From positions 39,801-103,800 of the forward strand of contig DBYG01000044.1 of the NCBI GenBank assembly GCA_002310175.1: DNA of 64,000 nucleotides. Reading direction: 5' to 3'. The stretch is from Bacteroidales bacterium UBA1192. Lineage in GTDB: Bacteria > Bacteroidota > Bacteroidia > Bacteroidales > Bacteroidaceae. The notes below the pieces were generated by a model. It made no database searches. It saw only the letters and a program-made list of their open reading frames with translations, and was not told the origin of the DNA. The first letter of the stretch is position 1. Each line of letters opens with the position of its first letter. Below, one piece after another: positions 8,449 to 18,452 of this stretch. A program made the position numbers and the translations under genes.

Positions 8449-9666
8449 TCAGAGCGTTTCGTCAAAGAATTGTTTCATTTTTTCTGCGTAAGGAACACCG
8501 AAACGGGCGAAGGTGTTCTTGGTGCCCTGGTCCGGCTTCCAGTCGAAAAATGCATGACTTGCTCCTTCCACTATGTCAAGCTCGGCCCTCTGTCCTGCCT
8601 GCTGGAGATGCTCTACGTAAAGTTCCATAGGTGGGCGCTGTACGGTGCGGTCCTGCGTGCCGAGCACCAGATATTGAGGCGCTTTACGCTTCTTGGCCTG
8701 CGGAATGTTGCAGTCTGGAGTCACGGATTTCTGTCCCTCCTCATCAAGATCTGAAATAAAGTTTCTCAGGCTCTGTTGGTCAAATACCCCATAACTGGGA
8801 GCTGCGGCCTTGATTGACTTGGTGAGCTGCTTGCGTGCCTTCTTTGCGGACATACCCTTGGGCATGTATGTAGGTTTGAACCGGTACACTCCCGTCTTGA
8901 TGCCGAAACCTCCATCGCCTATCATATCAGCCAAGTCAATCATGCATGAAGACAGATGTCCGCCAGCGCTGTCGCCTGTAACACCAATCCTTTTGGGGTT
9001 GATGCCGTACTCGGCTGCATGCTCGCGTATGTGCAGTATTGCACCGTAACAGTCCTCAATGAGCTGATTCATTGTATTGGGATTGGCATCGCCGTCACGT
9101 GTTCCTACCCAACGATAATCAATACTTGCCACAACATAACTGCCGTCCTTTATCAGTTCACGGGCAAGTCCACGCATGATGTTCTCATCGTTTGATGACC
9201 ATCCGCCACCGTGTATTATCACAATGCACGGCAGGTCCTTTGCTCCGTCCGGAATGAAAACGTCGTATTTTAGTGGTTTTACTCCAGGTTGAGCATATAC
9301 CACATCCTGAACGGTACGGAATCCTGTAAGACGTGACGACTCAATTATGGATGCACCGATACTCATGTTGTTGTCAACCTTGACCTGAAAATCCTGCTTC
9401 ATGGACTCCTTGTAGGTGGGGTAGAACATTCCATTGTCCGTTGACAGCCAGTAACCGCTGTCAAAAGCCCAGCCTGAATCTGTAACCTTTACATTCACAT
9501 TCAGTATGGTTCCGGCCTTAACCTGTCCGTCGGCAGGTATGGCTGGCGTAACCGTTACGCTTCCATGCTGTGGCTGTTCCACACGTACCCTGAAACTCTC
9601 CTGCGCTGCGGCTGAGATAGTGAAAGACAGCACTGCCAGCAATGATAATGTCCTTATGATTCTCAT
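8449..9666 (-). CDS. Secreted alpha/beta-hydrolase esterase (HSL/Abhydrolase_3 type) with N-terminal beta-sandwich domain
   Basis: Signal peptide, oxyanion motif HGGGW and nucleophile elbow GDSAGG. Confidence 0.8.
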   Translation of the reverse strand: MRIIRTLSLLAVLSFTISAAAQESFRVRVEQPQHGSVTVTPAIPADGQVKAGTILNVNVKVTDSGWAFDSGYWLSTDNGMFYPTYKESMKQDFQVKVDNNMSIGASIIESSRLTGFRTVQDVVYAQPGVKPLKYDVFIPDGAKDLPCIVIIHGGGWSSNDENIMRGLARELIKDGSYVVASIDYRWVGTRDGDANPNTMNQLIEDCYGAILHIREHAAEYGINPKRIGVTGDSAGGHLSSCMIDLADMIGDGGFGIKTGVYRFKPTYMPKGMSAKKARKQLTKSIKAAAPSYGVFDQQSLRNFISDLDEEGQKSVTPDCNIPQAKKRKAPQYLVLGTQDRTVQRPPMELYVEHLQQAGQRAELDIVEGASHAFFDWKPDQGTKNTFARFGVPYAEKMKQFFDETL

Positions 9667-9790
9667 ATTTGTATATGTTTTGTTTTAATCTGTGCAAATA
9701 TCGTAAATGTCTTAACAAAAAAAACGTTCTGTACATAGAATCTGTTTTCGAATTTTTTAGACAGGTTCTTACAATCAAAAGTATTTTACC

Positions 9791-9798
9791 TATTTTTG
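9791..9798 (+). promoter_or_regulatory. -7 box TATTTTTG
   Basis: It lies upstream of the esterase gene. It argues for the ATG at 9825 or 9834 rather than 9669 or 9810. A divergent box TACTTTTG sits at 9776-9783 on the minus strand. Confidence 0.4.
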
Positions 9799-9824
9799 TA
9801 AAACAAACTATGGATTTTAAAACT

Positions 9825-10961
9825 ATGTTATTTATGAGAAAAGTCTTTTTGTTCGCAGCATTGGCTGCTATGGTATCTGCTCCGGTAGTATCACAGGAGC
9901 TTTCCAACTTCAATTTCGGTGGCCGTCAGCAGGTGGTCTCTCCTGAGTTGAATGGTGATAAGGTAACTTTCCGTCTGAATGCCAACTATGCTACTGTAGT
10001 GAATCTGGCTGGTAACTGGATTAACGGCAGCATTCCCATGCAGAAGGGTCAGAATGGTGTCTGGGAAGTAACGGTCGATACCCCATCGCCTGAAATCTAC
10101 ACATACAACTTTGTGGTTGACGGTGTTTCTGTGAATGACCCTCAGAACTATTTCGTACAGCGTGACGGAACCCGTTACCTGAACATGCTGATAGTTCCTG
10201 GAGAGCGTACTGAGAACTATTTTGAGGCAAACCAGCGTGGAACAGTCACCTATAAGTGGTATGACAGCAAGATTCTCAATATTAACCGTCGTCTTACTGT
10301 ATATACTCCATACGGTTATGAAAAGAACCCCAAGAAGAAATACCCGGTTCTCTACCTGCTTCATGGAGCCGGTGGCGATGAGGAGGCCTGGACATCAATG
10401 GGCCGTACCGCACAGATTCTGGACAATCTGATAGAGAAAGGACTTGCCGAGCCCATGATTGTGGTCATGCCTAACGGTAACCCCAATCAGCAGGCAGCCC
10501 AGACTCTCGGCCTTCCCACAAGCGACCTTAATTTCCGTGACCCGTCATTGCAGAACGCATATGTCAAGAGTCTGTGTGAAGAGATTGTTCCATTCATAGA
10601 AAAGGAATTCCGTGTAAATGCCAAGCCCGAGTCACGTGCCATTGCCGGTCTTTCCATGGGTGGCGGTCATACAATCACAGCTTCCATCCTCTATCCTTCC
10701 ATGTTTGACTATATCTGTCCTCTCTCAGCTGCAGGAAGTGCAACCCCTGAGCAGATAACCACACTCAAGAAGGCTGGCGTGAAACTCTATTTTCTTGCTT
10801 GCGGTACCACTGATTTTCTGTGGGACGGTGCAGTTACACTTGACAAGACTCTTACTGACTGCGGTCTGGACCACATCTTCTACAAGTCCGATGGCGGTCA
10901 CGTATGGGCCAACTGGAGGCTCTATCTGAATACATTTGCTCCCATGCTATTTAAGAAATAA
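9825..10961 (+). CDS. Secreted esterase (CE1-like 'putative esterase' family) with N-terminal E-set/CBM48-like domain
   Basis: Signal peptide MRKVFLFAALAAMVSAPVVSQ, plus LLHGAGGDEEAW and GLSMGG. The track ORF starts at 9669; alternative starts are 9810 and 9834. Confidence 0.8.
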   Translation: MLFMRKVFLFAALAAMVSAPVVSQELSNFNFGGRQQVVSPELNGDKVTFRLNANYATVVNLAGNWINGSIPMQKGQNGVWEVTVDTPSPEIYTYNFVVDGVSVNDPQNYFVQRDGTRYLNMLIVPGERTENYFEANQRGTVTYKWYDSKILNINRRLTVYTPYGYEKNPKKKYPVLYLLHGAGGDEEAWTSMGRTAQILDNLIEKGLAEPMIVVMPNGNPNQQAAQTLGLPTSDLNFRDPSLQNAYVKSLCEEIVPFIEKEFRVNAKPESRAIAGLSMGGGHTITASILYPSMFDYICPLSAAGSATPEQITTLKKAGVKLYFLACGTTDFLWDGAVTLDKTLTDCGLDHIFYKSDGGHVWANWRLYLNTFAPMLFKK

Positions 10962-11005
10962 TATAAAATTGTTCAGCATATTGAATAATTGTCATAAAGA
11001 TTTGT

Positions 11006-11013
11006 TAGCTTTG
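11006..11013 (+). promoter_or_regulatory. -7 box TAGCTTTG
   Basis: It lies 62 nt upstream of the ATG at 11075. Confidence 0.4.
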
Positions 11014-11036
11014 GAGTGAAAAAAACTATTTACTGA

Positions 11037-11060
11037 TTACATAACCTATTACATAACCTA
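11037..11060 (+). repeat. Perfect 12-nt tandem duplication TTACATAACCTA x2 in a 5' UTR
   Basis: Read directly from the sequence. It lies between the -7 box and the DUF4332 start. Confidence 0.8.
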
Positions 11061-11074
11061 AAAAACTAACGATT

Positions 11075-11482
11075 ATGGCTTATAAAATTGATCAGATTGA
11101 GGGTATCGGACCCGCTTACGCAGAGAAACTGATAGCTGTCGGCATTAAGACAACTGATGATCTTCTGGAGAAATGTGCAGCCAAGAAAGGCCGTGTGGCA
11201 GTAGCAGAGCAAACCGGCATTTCTGAGAAACTTATCCTTAAGTGGACAAACCATTCAGACCTTTTCCGCATCAACGGAATAGCAGGTCAGTTTGCCGAAC
11301 TGCTTGAGGCAGCAGGTGTCGACACCGTAAAGGAGTTCCGTCACAGGGTTCCCGCTAATCTCCAGCCTAAGCTGGTTCAGGTTAACGAGGCCAAGAACCT
11401 CTGCAACAGAGTTCCCTCTGTAGCCGAGATTGAAAAGATGATTGCTCAGGCCAAGGAACTCGAGCCTAAAATATCATACTGA
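11075..11482 (+). CDS. DUF4332 domain protein (helix-hairpin-helix-like)
   Basis: 135 aa. Two HhH-like segments, IEGIGPAYAEKL and INGIAGQFAELL. Confidence 0.7.
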   Translation: MAYKIDQIEGIGPAYAEKLIAVGIKTTDDLLEKCAAKKGRVAVAEQTGISEKLILKWTNHSDLFRINGIAGQFAELLEAAGVDTVKEFRHRVPANLQPKLVQVNEAKNLCNRVPSVAEIEKMIAQAKELEPKISY

Positions 11483-11510
11483 TCGGAGAATTATTACGGA
11501 TTTATGAATT

Positions 11511-11556
11511 AGCCGGACTGTTGCTGAATGAAGCCACAGTCCGGCTGAATTTTTTG
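11511..11556 (+). terminator. Rho-independent terminator
   Basis: AGCCGGACTG (11511-11520) pairs with CAGTCCGGCT (11537-11546), then GAATTTTTT. Confidence 0.7.
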
Positions 11557-11567
11557 AATAGTCTTGA

Positions 11568-13214
11568 TTATTTGTACAGGAAGCGGCGGATAGACATTTT
11601 CGGAGTCTTCTCAAACGGTACATCCCGGATTTCCACCTTGGCCAACTGGCTATAAACAGGAAGCTGCCGGTTGGAAGCCAGACGTATGTTGTCGGGGATG
11701 GAGTCCTTGGCCTCAGCATCAAGCAGCGACTTGGCTATGGCCTGTTCGTCCAGATAGACAAGAGCCACCAGCTTGCCGCCGCGATCTACAACTACGGATT
11801 CCAACACGTAGTCCTGGTTGTTCACTACAGCCTCAATCTCCTCAGGATATATGTTCTGTCCTGAAGGACCTAATATCATGTTCTTGGAACGTCCGCGGAT
11901 GAATATGTTGCCTTCAGCATCCATTATGCCCAGATCACCGGTCTTGAGCCAACCGTCTTCGGTGAAAGCATTAGCTGTGGCCTCCGGGTTGTTATAGTAG
12001 CCTATCGTGATATTTTCGCCGCGTGCCTGGATTTCACCTACCACATTATGCGGATCCTCTGAGTCAATGCGCACTTCAGCCACATCCACGGGCTTGCCGC
12101 ATGAACCTGGAACATACTTGGTCCAATGCTCGTAAGCCAGAAGAGGACAAGCCTCGGTCATACCGTACCCCACCAGATAGGGGAATTTTATCTTTTTCAG
12201 GATTCTCTCCACCTCAGGGTTCAGTGCGGCTCCACCCATAATGAACTCTTCCACATTACCTCCGAACGCTTGAACAAGTCCGTCCCGGACTTTGTTGTAA
12301 ATCAGTTTGTTCAAACCTGGAACCTTGAGCATGAACTTTACTGCTGGCTTATCCAGGGTGGGCTTGATCTTGGATTTGTAGATCTTTTCCATAACCAGCG
12401 GAACTGTTATGAGCAGATAGGGCTTTACATCTGCGAACGCTTTCATGAGTGTAGCCGGTGTAGGTGCCTTCCCCAACCAGTATATGGATGTGCCGTTGGA
12501 GAGAGGGTAGAGGAATTCTATAACCAGTCCGTACATATGGGCCATAGGGAGCATGGATACCATCTTGTCGCCGGCAGGAACGTGACGCTGACTGTAATCC
12601 ACTATTGACGAGAAATTACGGTAGGTAAGCATCACACCCTTAGGATCACCGGTGGAGCCTGAAGTGTAGTTTATCGTTGACAGGTCATCCCAGTTGTCGG
12701 TGGGAAAAATGACTTCGTCCCGTCCGAATCCGTTTGGGTATTTGTTTTCAAATAATTCGTCAAGATGCTCAAAAGCATAGGAAATCTTATCGTCATTGCA
12801 ATAGAGCATCTTGAGGGTGTTGATATCGAAAGCAGCGCGGACTTTTGGCATCTTACTGATATCCATCCTGGCCCATTTGTCAGAGTCGGTGAACAACACT
12901 ATGCTCTCTGAATGGTTAACAAGTCCCATTACGCTCTCTGGCTTGAAATCAGCCAGGATAGGTACTATCACCGTCTCGTAAGTGTTAACAGCCAGATAGG
13001 CGAATCCCCAGCGGGCTCCGTTCTGAGCCCATAGAGCTATGTGGTCACCTTTCTTTATTCCGGCATACTCGAATATGATATGGAAGCGGGCGATAGAGCG
13101 GGCCATCTGTGAGTAGGTGAAACTCTCTCCGCCAATGTTGTTGAGTGCTGGCTTGTCCCAGTATTTGCGTGTGGCCTCCTGAAGCCTTTCCAGATAGTGT
13201 GGATATTTTTCCAT
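11568..13214 (-). CDS. AMP-binding enzyme, long-chain fatty-acid-CoA ligase (paralogue 2)
   Basis: Motifs YTSGSTGDPKGV, GYGMTE and TGD...GRSKN. The track start at 13241 is a TTG lying inside the -7 box, so the first ATG at 13214 (MEKYPHY...) is preferred. Confidence 0.85.
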   Translation of the reverse strand: MEKYPHYLERLQEATRKYWDKPALNNIGGESFTYSQMARSIARFHIIFEYAGIKKGDHIALWAQNGARWGFAYLAVNTYETVIVPILADFKPESVMGLVNHSESIVLFTDSDKWARMDISKMPKVRAAFDINTLKMLYCNDDKISYAFEHLDELFENKYPNGFGRDEVIFPTDNWDDLSTINYTSGSTGDPKGVMLTYRNFSSIVDYSQRHVPAGDKMVSMLPMAHMYGLVIEFLYPLSNGTSIYWLGKAPTPATLMKAFADVKPYLLITVPLVMEKIYKSKIKPTLDKPAVKFMLKVPGLNKLIYNKVRDGLVQAFGGNVEEFIMGGAALNPEVERILKKIKFPYLVGYGMTEACPLLAYEHWTKYVPGSCGKPVDVAEVRIDSEDPHNVVGEIQARGENITIGYYNNPEATANAFTEDGWLKTGDLGIMDAEGNIFIRGRSKNMILGPSGQNIYPEEIEAVVNNQDYVLESVVVDRGGKLVALVYLDEQAIAKSLLDAEAKDSIPDNIRLASNRQLPVYSQLAKVEIRDVPFEKTPKMSIRRFLYK

Positions 13215-13238
13215 AAGTTGAATTTGTATTTCTATTTG

Positions 13239-13246
13239 CAAAAATA
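13239..13246 (-). promoter_or_regulatory. -7 box TATTTTTG
   Basis: It lies 24 nt upstream of the ATG at 13214. Confidence 0.45.
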
Positions 13247-13310
13247 TATAAAAATACCATTTTTTTCGTGGTTGAGCCGGTGAGAATGCAGGAGGAAGTA
13301 AACAGATTCT

Positions 13311-13318
13311 TAAATTTG
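13311..13318 (+). promoter_or_regulatory. -7 box TAAATTTG
   Basis: It lies 29 nt upstream of the ATG at 13347. Confidence 0.45.
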
Positions 13319-13346
13319 CAGCCTGAATTGAAAAAGTATGGCATAA

Positions 13347-14411
13347 ATGAAAACGAACAGAGTTGTATTGGCGTTATCCGCCATGTTGCTTGCCGGTTGC
13401 GGCACAAATAAGAACCTATACACTTTAAAAGGTGTGTTTGAGGACTGTGACGAACCTATGGTCTGGCTTGTGTGCGGTAACGACGTGATTGACTCCATGT
13501 CAGTTGATGGCGGTGCATTTTCATTCAGTGGGGAGGTGCAGAATCCCACACTGGCCTGGGTATGTACTGCTCCCAACCACCGTATGGCCGATTTCGAGTG
13601 CGAGTTCATCCTTGAGCCGGGCATACTGGTAATGAGCAAGCTCCCTGATGCTGAGCAGTATGTTGTGAAAGGCAGCAAGTCCAATGACCTGCTGTCAGCC
13701 CTTGAGCAGAGGTCCGTGGAGATGGTCAAGGAGTATGCACAGTCCCATGATATGGAGGGTATAGAGGAGGAGATGGACCGTCAGTGGAACGGACTGTTGC
13801 TTAACGGCCTCAAGGAGAATACTGACAATATGTTCGGTCTCTATTGTCTGAGGGAACTCTCATACGAGGCTCTTGAACCTCAGCAGATAATGGATTATCT
13901 TAACCGTTTTCCGGAAACAGTCAAGGAAGACCGTCTCTGGAAATCACTTGAGACCAGTACCTCCAAGCATCTAAAGACAATAGTAGGACAGCCCTTTATG
14001 GATTTCACGCAGACCGATGCCGACGGCAATCCCGTAACCGCATCCCAGGTCATGAAACAGCCCGGAAACAAGTACGTGCTCATAGATTTCTGGGCATCAT
14101 GGTGCGGTCCCTGCATGAGAGAACTCCCGTTCATCAAGGAGGCTTACTCAAAATATTCCGGCAGGGGTTTCCAGATTCTCGGAGTTTCACTTGACAGAGC
14201 GAGGGAACCCTGGATTAAGGCCATGCAGGACAACAGTATGAACTGGGTCAATGTGAGTGACCTCAAGTACTGGAACAATGAGGTGGCGGTACAATATGGT
14301 ATAAACTCCATCCCGAGCAACTTCCTTATTGAATGCTCAACCGGCACTATAGTGGCCGTAGGCCTGCGCGGAAGGAACCTGGAGAGTAAACTGTCCGAGC
14401 TGCTGGACTGA
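13347..14411 (+). CDS. TlpA-family thiol:disulfide oxidoreductase lipoprotein (N-terminal DUF4369-like domain + thioredoxin fold)
   Basis: Lipobox LLAGC and the thioredoxin motif WASWCGPC. Confidence 0.85.
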   Translation: MKTNRVVLALSAMLLAGCGTNKNLYTLKGVFEDCDEPMVWLVCGNDVIDSMSVDGGAFSFSGEVQNPTLAWVCTAPNHRMADFECEFILEPGILVMSKLPDAEQYVVKGSKSNDLLSALEQRSVEMVKEYAQSHDMEGIEEEMDRQWNGLLLNGLKENTDNMFGLYCLRELSYEALEPQQIMDYLNRFPETVKEDRLWKSLETSTSKHLKTIVGQPFMDFTQTDADGNPVTASQVMKQPGNKYVLIDFWASWCGPCMRELPFIKEAYSKYSGRGFQILGVSLDRAREPWIKAMQDNSMNWVNVSDLKYWNNEVAVQYGINSIPSNFLIECSTGTIVAVGLRGRNLESKLSELLD

Positions 14412-14466
14412 ATCTCATGACCTTTAAATAACGAATGGGAGGATATTTCAAACAAAAATAAAAAAT

Positions 14467-16533
14467 ATGACAAGAGGATTCATCTGTGCTGTGGTATATG
14501 CACTGTTCTGCTGTATTCCTGGCAGTATTTCGGCAAGTGCTGTATCTGAAGTTGAAACAATTGATTTTATGCATGCGGATGTAGATGAATCCACTGATGC
14601 CAGAATCGATGAGGATGGTTTCACTGTCGGTCTTGGTGAGATTGAGATTATCGGTTCCCGGGTACCGCTGGCTGAGGTTCAGGCTCCGCGTATGGTTACT
14701 CTCATGACACAGGAAGACATTCAGGCTGCCTCGGTCCACAGTATAAATGACCTTTTGGAATACGCCGTAGGGGTGGATGTGCGTCAGCGCGGTGAGATGG
14801 GCGTACAGACTGACATATCCATGCGAGGCGGCAATTTTGATCAGATAACCCTGTTGCTGAACGGAGTGAACATATCTTCACCGCACACAGGACATCTTAC
14901 TGCTGATTTTCCTGTCAGCGTATATGACATTGAGCGTATTGAAGTAATTGAAGGTCCTTCGGCACGAGTGTTCGGAACAAGTGCGTTTACAGGTGTGATA
15001 AACATAGTGACCCGCAAGGCAGAGGCCAACGGCGGACTGGTGCATCTGTCAGGCGGACAGTACGGCACGGCAGGAGCGGACATCAGTTTGGACATAAGCG
15101 GGAACAACAATTCCGGACAAAAACGTTTTTCACTCTCACTTGATGAGGATGGACTCAGGTTAGGCCGTAACAGTAACACATTTTCAAACAGATTCTCAGC
15201 CGGAATGAACCGCAGTGACGGTGCTACTCCTAACAGTGATTTCACTGCATGGCGCGGGTTTTGGAACTCATCCATCCGTCAGAACGGCATGAAAATTGAC
15301 ATGCAGGCTGGTTACAGCTATCGCAAGTTCGGAGCCAATACATTCTACGGGGCAGCCAGCACTGACCAGTGGGAGAGCAACGAGCGCATTATGGCAGCTG
15401 TCACATCGGATTTCAGGGTAGGGCAGGTTCATGTGGCTCCGTCGGTATCATGGAACCGTTGGTTTGACCACTATCAGTGGCACAAAGGAAGTCCTGCCGG
15501 CGAGAACTACCATCAGGTAGATACATGGGCAGCATCTGTCAATAGTTGGGTGGACAGCAGGTTGGGACGGACTTCTTTTGGGCTGGAAATGCGCACGGAC
15601 ATGATCCGTTCCACAAAACTGGGTTATCCGCTTGACGCTCATCTGTATTACTCTCTTGGAGGCATTGATGCAGTTGATTCGCTGGATTACCGTTTTGCTG
15701 CTGACAGAACTGATGTCTCAGCTTTCCTTGAGCACAACATCCTGCTTGATGACCTGACCATTTCTTTTGGCCTGCTGGCCAATATGAACACAGCACTTGA
15801 TTACGGTTGGCGCCTCTATCCGGGTATTGACCTCTCTTACCGTCCTTTCAGCGGAACCACCCTGTTCGCCTCATGGAATAAGGCCCTGCGTATGCCCACA
15901 TTCACGGACCTCTTCTACTCAGGCACTAACATACAGGGCACCACAAACCTCAAACCTGAAAAGACATCTGATCTTAATATTGGCCTGCGTTACCGTACAG
16001 AAGGAGTCAACCTTCAGCTGCAGGGCTTCTATAGCCGCCGTACCGATATGATTGACTGGGTGATATATGCCGATGAACCCGATGGCAAGACTTTCCGTTC
16101 AGGTAATTTTTCTGTGGATTGCAGCGGAGTGGAGTTTTCGGGCGCCCTCTATCCCGGAGAGTATGCAAGCTCCCTCTCTTTCCTGAGGAAACTCAGTGCC
16201 CAGTATGCCTATATCCATCAGGATCAGAAATATGATACCCCCGTCAAGGCCAGCAAGTATGCTATGGAGTACCTGAGGCACAAGGTAGTGCTTCAGGCCG
16301 ATGCCGATGTGGTCTCAAAGCTGGGCTTGTCGGCCACATGGCGCTGGCAGGACAGAGTGGGGCAGGATAACGAGCCGTATTCTCTCCTTGACGGCCGTAT
16401 AACCTGGACGGAGAACCGCTGGAACGCCTATGTTTCCTGCTCCAATATACTAAACGTGAAATACAGGGACTATTCATTCATTGAACAGCCCGGCCGCTGG
16501 CTGATGGCAGGATTGGTACTGACCATACTGTAA
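14467..16533 (+). CDS. TonB-dependent outer-membrane receptor
   Basis: 688 aa. Signal peptide, plug-domain motifs (IEVIEGPSARVFGTSAFTGVINIVTRK) and a long beta-barrel region. Confidence 0.8.
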   Translation: MTRGFICAVVYALFCCIPGSISASAVSEVETIDFMHADVDESTDARIDEDGFTVGLGEIEIIGSRVPLAEVQAPRMVTLMTQEDIQAASVHSINDLLEYAVGVDVRQRGEMGVQTDISMRGGNFDQITLLLNGVNISSPHTGHLTADFPVSVYDIERIEVIEGPSARVFGTSAFTGVINIVTRKAEANGGLVHLSGGQYGTAGADISLDISGNNNSGQKRFSLSLDEDGLRLGRNSNTFSNRFSAGMNRSDGATPNSDFTAWRGFWNSSIRQNGMKIDMQAGYSYRKFGANTFYGAASTDQWESNERIMAAVTSDFRVGQVHVAPSVSWNRWFDHYQWHKGSPAGENYHQVDTWAASVNSWVDSRLGRTSFGLEMRTDMIRSTKLGYPLDAHLYYSLGGIDAVDSLDYRFAADRTDVSAFLEHNILLDDLTISFGLLANMNTALDYGWRLYPGIDLSYRPFSGTTLFASWNKALRMPTFTDLFYSGTNIQGTTNLKPEKTSDLNIGLRYRTEGVNLQLQGFYSRRTDMIDWVIYADEPDGKTFRSGNFSVDCSGVEFSGALYPGEYASSLSFLRKLSAQYAYIHQDQKYDTPVKASKYAMEYLRHKVVLQADADVVSKLGLSATWRWQDRVGQDNEPYSLLDGRITWTENRWNAYVSCSNILNVKYRDYSFIEQPGRWLMAGLVLTIL

Positions 16534-16558
16534 TGCATCATTCAAAACCCTGCCGGGA

Positions 16559-17590
16559 TTACAGGAGTTCCGCCAGTTCCAGGATGAGGCGTTCGGTGTC
16601 TTTCCAGCCCAGGCAGGGGTCGGTGATTGATTTGCCGTAGATGCACTCTCCGGGTCCCTGGGCTCCCTCCTCGATATAGGATTCTATCATGAGACCTTTC
16701 ACTATCCGTTTGATGGTGTCGTTGGAACGCATGCTGTGAAGCACCTCCTTGGCAATCCGGATCTGCTCCTTGAACTTTTTGCCGGAGTTGGAATGGTTGC
16801 AATCCACTATTACGGCCGGGTTATGCAGATACTGCGACTCTTCGTACAAATCCACGAGCCGCTTGAGGTCCTCATAGTGATAGTTGGGATGGCTGGTGCC
16901 GTGATTGTCCACAAATCCCCGGAGAATGGCGTGGGTGTAAGGGTTACCGAGGCTCTCAACCTCCCAGTCACGATATATGAAAGTGTGGCTGCTTTGTGCG
17001 GCGCGGATAGAGTTCATCATGACCGAGAGGTCACCACTGGTGGGATTCTTCATTCCCACAGGGATATCAAGTCCACTTGCTGTAAGGCGGTGCTGCTGGT
17101 CCTCCACGCTACGGGCTCCTACTGCCACGTATGAAAGCAGGTCGGAGAGAAACTGGTGGTTTTCGGGATAGAGCATCTCGTCGGCACAGGAGAACCCGGT
17201 CTCGGTGAGCGCCTTGAGGTGCAGCTTGCGGATGGCTATCAGACCCTTGAGGATATCGGGGCTTGCCAGCGGATTGGGTTGATGCAGCATTCCCTTGTAG
17301 CCGGCTCCGGTTGTACGGGGCTTGTTGGTATATATTCTCGGAATGATTACAATCTTTTCCTGAACTTTGTCCTGAAGCGGGCGCAGACGGCTTATGTAAT
17401 CCACCACTGCGTCCTCGCGGTCAGCCGAGCATGGACCTATCACTAGGATGAGCTTGTTCGAGACCCCGCTGAATGCATCCTTTATCTCCTTGTCGTTTCT
17501 CTTTTTTGCTTCGGTCGCCTCATCCGATACAGGGTACATCTTCTTAACCTCCTGCGGACTGAAGAGCTGGCGTTTGAATGTCATGTTCAT
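16559..17590 (-). CDS. aroG: 3-deoxy-7-phosphoheptulonate (DAHP) synthase, class I-alpha (AroF/G/H type)
   Basis: 343 aa. Motifs VIGPCSA and IPRIYTNKPRTT..GYKG. Isozyme specificity is unknown. Confidence 0.85.
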   Translation of the reverse strand: MNMTFKRQLFSPQEVKKMYPVSDEATEAKKRNDKEIKDAFSGVSNKLILVIGPCSADREDAVVDYISRLRPLQDKVQEKIVIIPRIYTNKPRTTGAGYKGMLHQPNPLASPDILKGLIAIRKLHLKALTETGFSCADEMLYPENHQFLSDLLSYVAVGARSVEDQQHRLTASGLDIPVGMKNPTSGDLSVMMNSIRAAQSSHTFIYRDWEVESLGNPYTHAILRGFVDNHGTSHPNYHYEDLKRLVDLYEESQYLHNPAVIVDCNHSNSGKKFKEQIRIAKEVLHSMRSNDTIKRIVKGLMIESYIEEGAQGPGECIYGKSITDPCLGWKDTERLILELAELL

Positions 17591-17597
17591 GATAATC

Positions 17598-18452
17598 TCA
17601 TTTTTTGTCGAAACATATACGGCGTTCTGTTGATTTTCGCATCATATCCTGCAGTAGCTGCAAGTCATCGGCCTGGACAGCATCACGTATTTTCTTGATC
17701 TGTTCTATAAAGAGGTCCATCTCTTTGAGTAGGGCCTTCTTGTTCATCAGGAAAAGCTCGCTCCACATCTTGTCGTTGATACGTGCTATGCGGGTCAAGT
17801 CACGGAAAGAGTCACCAGTGTATTGGGCCAGATGTTCGGTCTCGCGACTGTTCATTAACGCTATTGCAATGCAGTGTGTGAGCTGGCTCAGGAAACCTAT
17901 CATCTCGTCATGCTCCTCAGGGCTGAGCCTTACTATACGGCCGAATCCGAGGATGCGGCCCACCTGGCTGCATGCCTCTATGGCGGCCGGAGTGTTGGAG
18001 AGGGTGGGGGTCACTATGTAGTTGGCTCCTACGAAAATGTCCGCATCCGCGTTCTTCACGCCATAGACTTCGCGTCCGGCCATAGGATGAGCACCAATGA
18101 ACTCCAGGTCTGGGCGCAGCATTCCCTGTATCTCATAGACCACGGAGCACTTGATGCCTGTGACATCGGTAAGCAGGGCTCCAGGTCTTATCATGGCTTG
18201 GTTCTCTTTAATCCATGAAAGAAGTGTCTTGGGATATAGAGAAAAGACTATCAAGTCAAACTTTGATATGTATTCCCTGTCGGGACGGTTGGTCCCGCTG
18301 TCTATCAGTCCGTTCTCAAGGGCATAGTCAATTGATTCCTGTGAGCGCGTGACAGCTCCCACATAATATCCTGCCCTGCGGAAACCCTGTGCGTAGCTGC
18401 CGCCTATGAGTCCCAGACCTACAATCAGTATCTTTTCTTTTCTGTCAAACAT
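17598..18452 (-). CDS. tyrA: Prephenate dehydrogenase
   Basis: Rossmann motif VGLGLIGGS plus HPMAG. Confidence 0.85.
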   Translation of the reverse strand: MFDRKEKILIVGLGLIGGSYAQGFRRAGYYVGAVTRSQESIDYALENGLIDSGTNRPDREYISKFDLIVFSLYPKTLLSWIKENQAMIRPGALLTDVTGIKCSVVYEIQGMLRPDLEFIGAHPMAGREVYGVKNADADIFVGANYIVTPTLSNTPAAIEACSQVGRILGFGRIVRLSPEEHDEMIGFLSQLTHCIAIALMNSRETEHLAQYTGDSFRDLTRIARINDKMWSELFLMNKKALLKEMDLFIEQIKKIRDAVQADDLQLLQDMMRKSTERRICFDKK

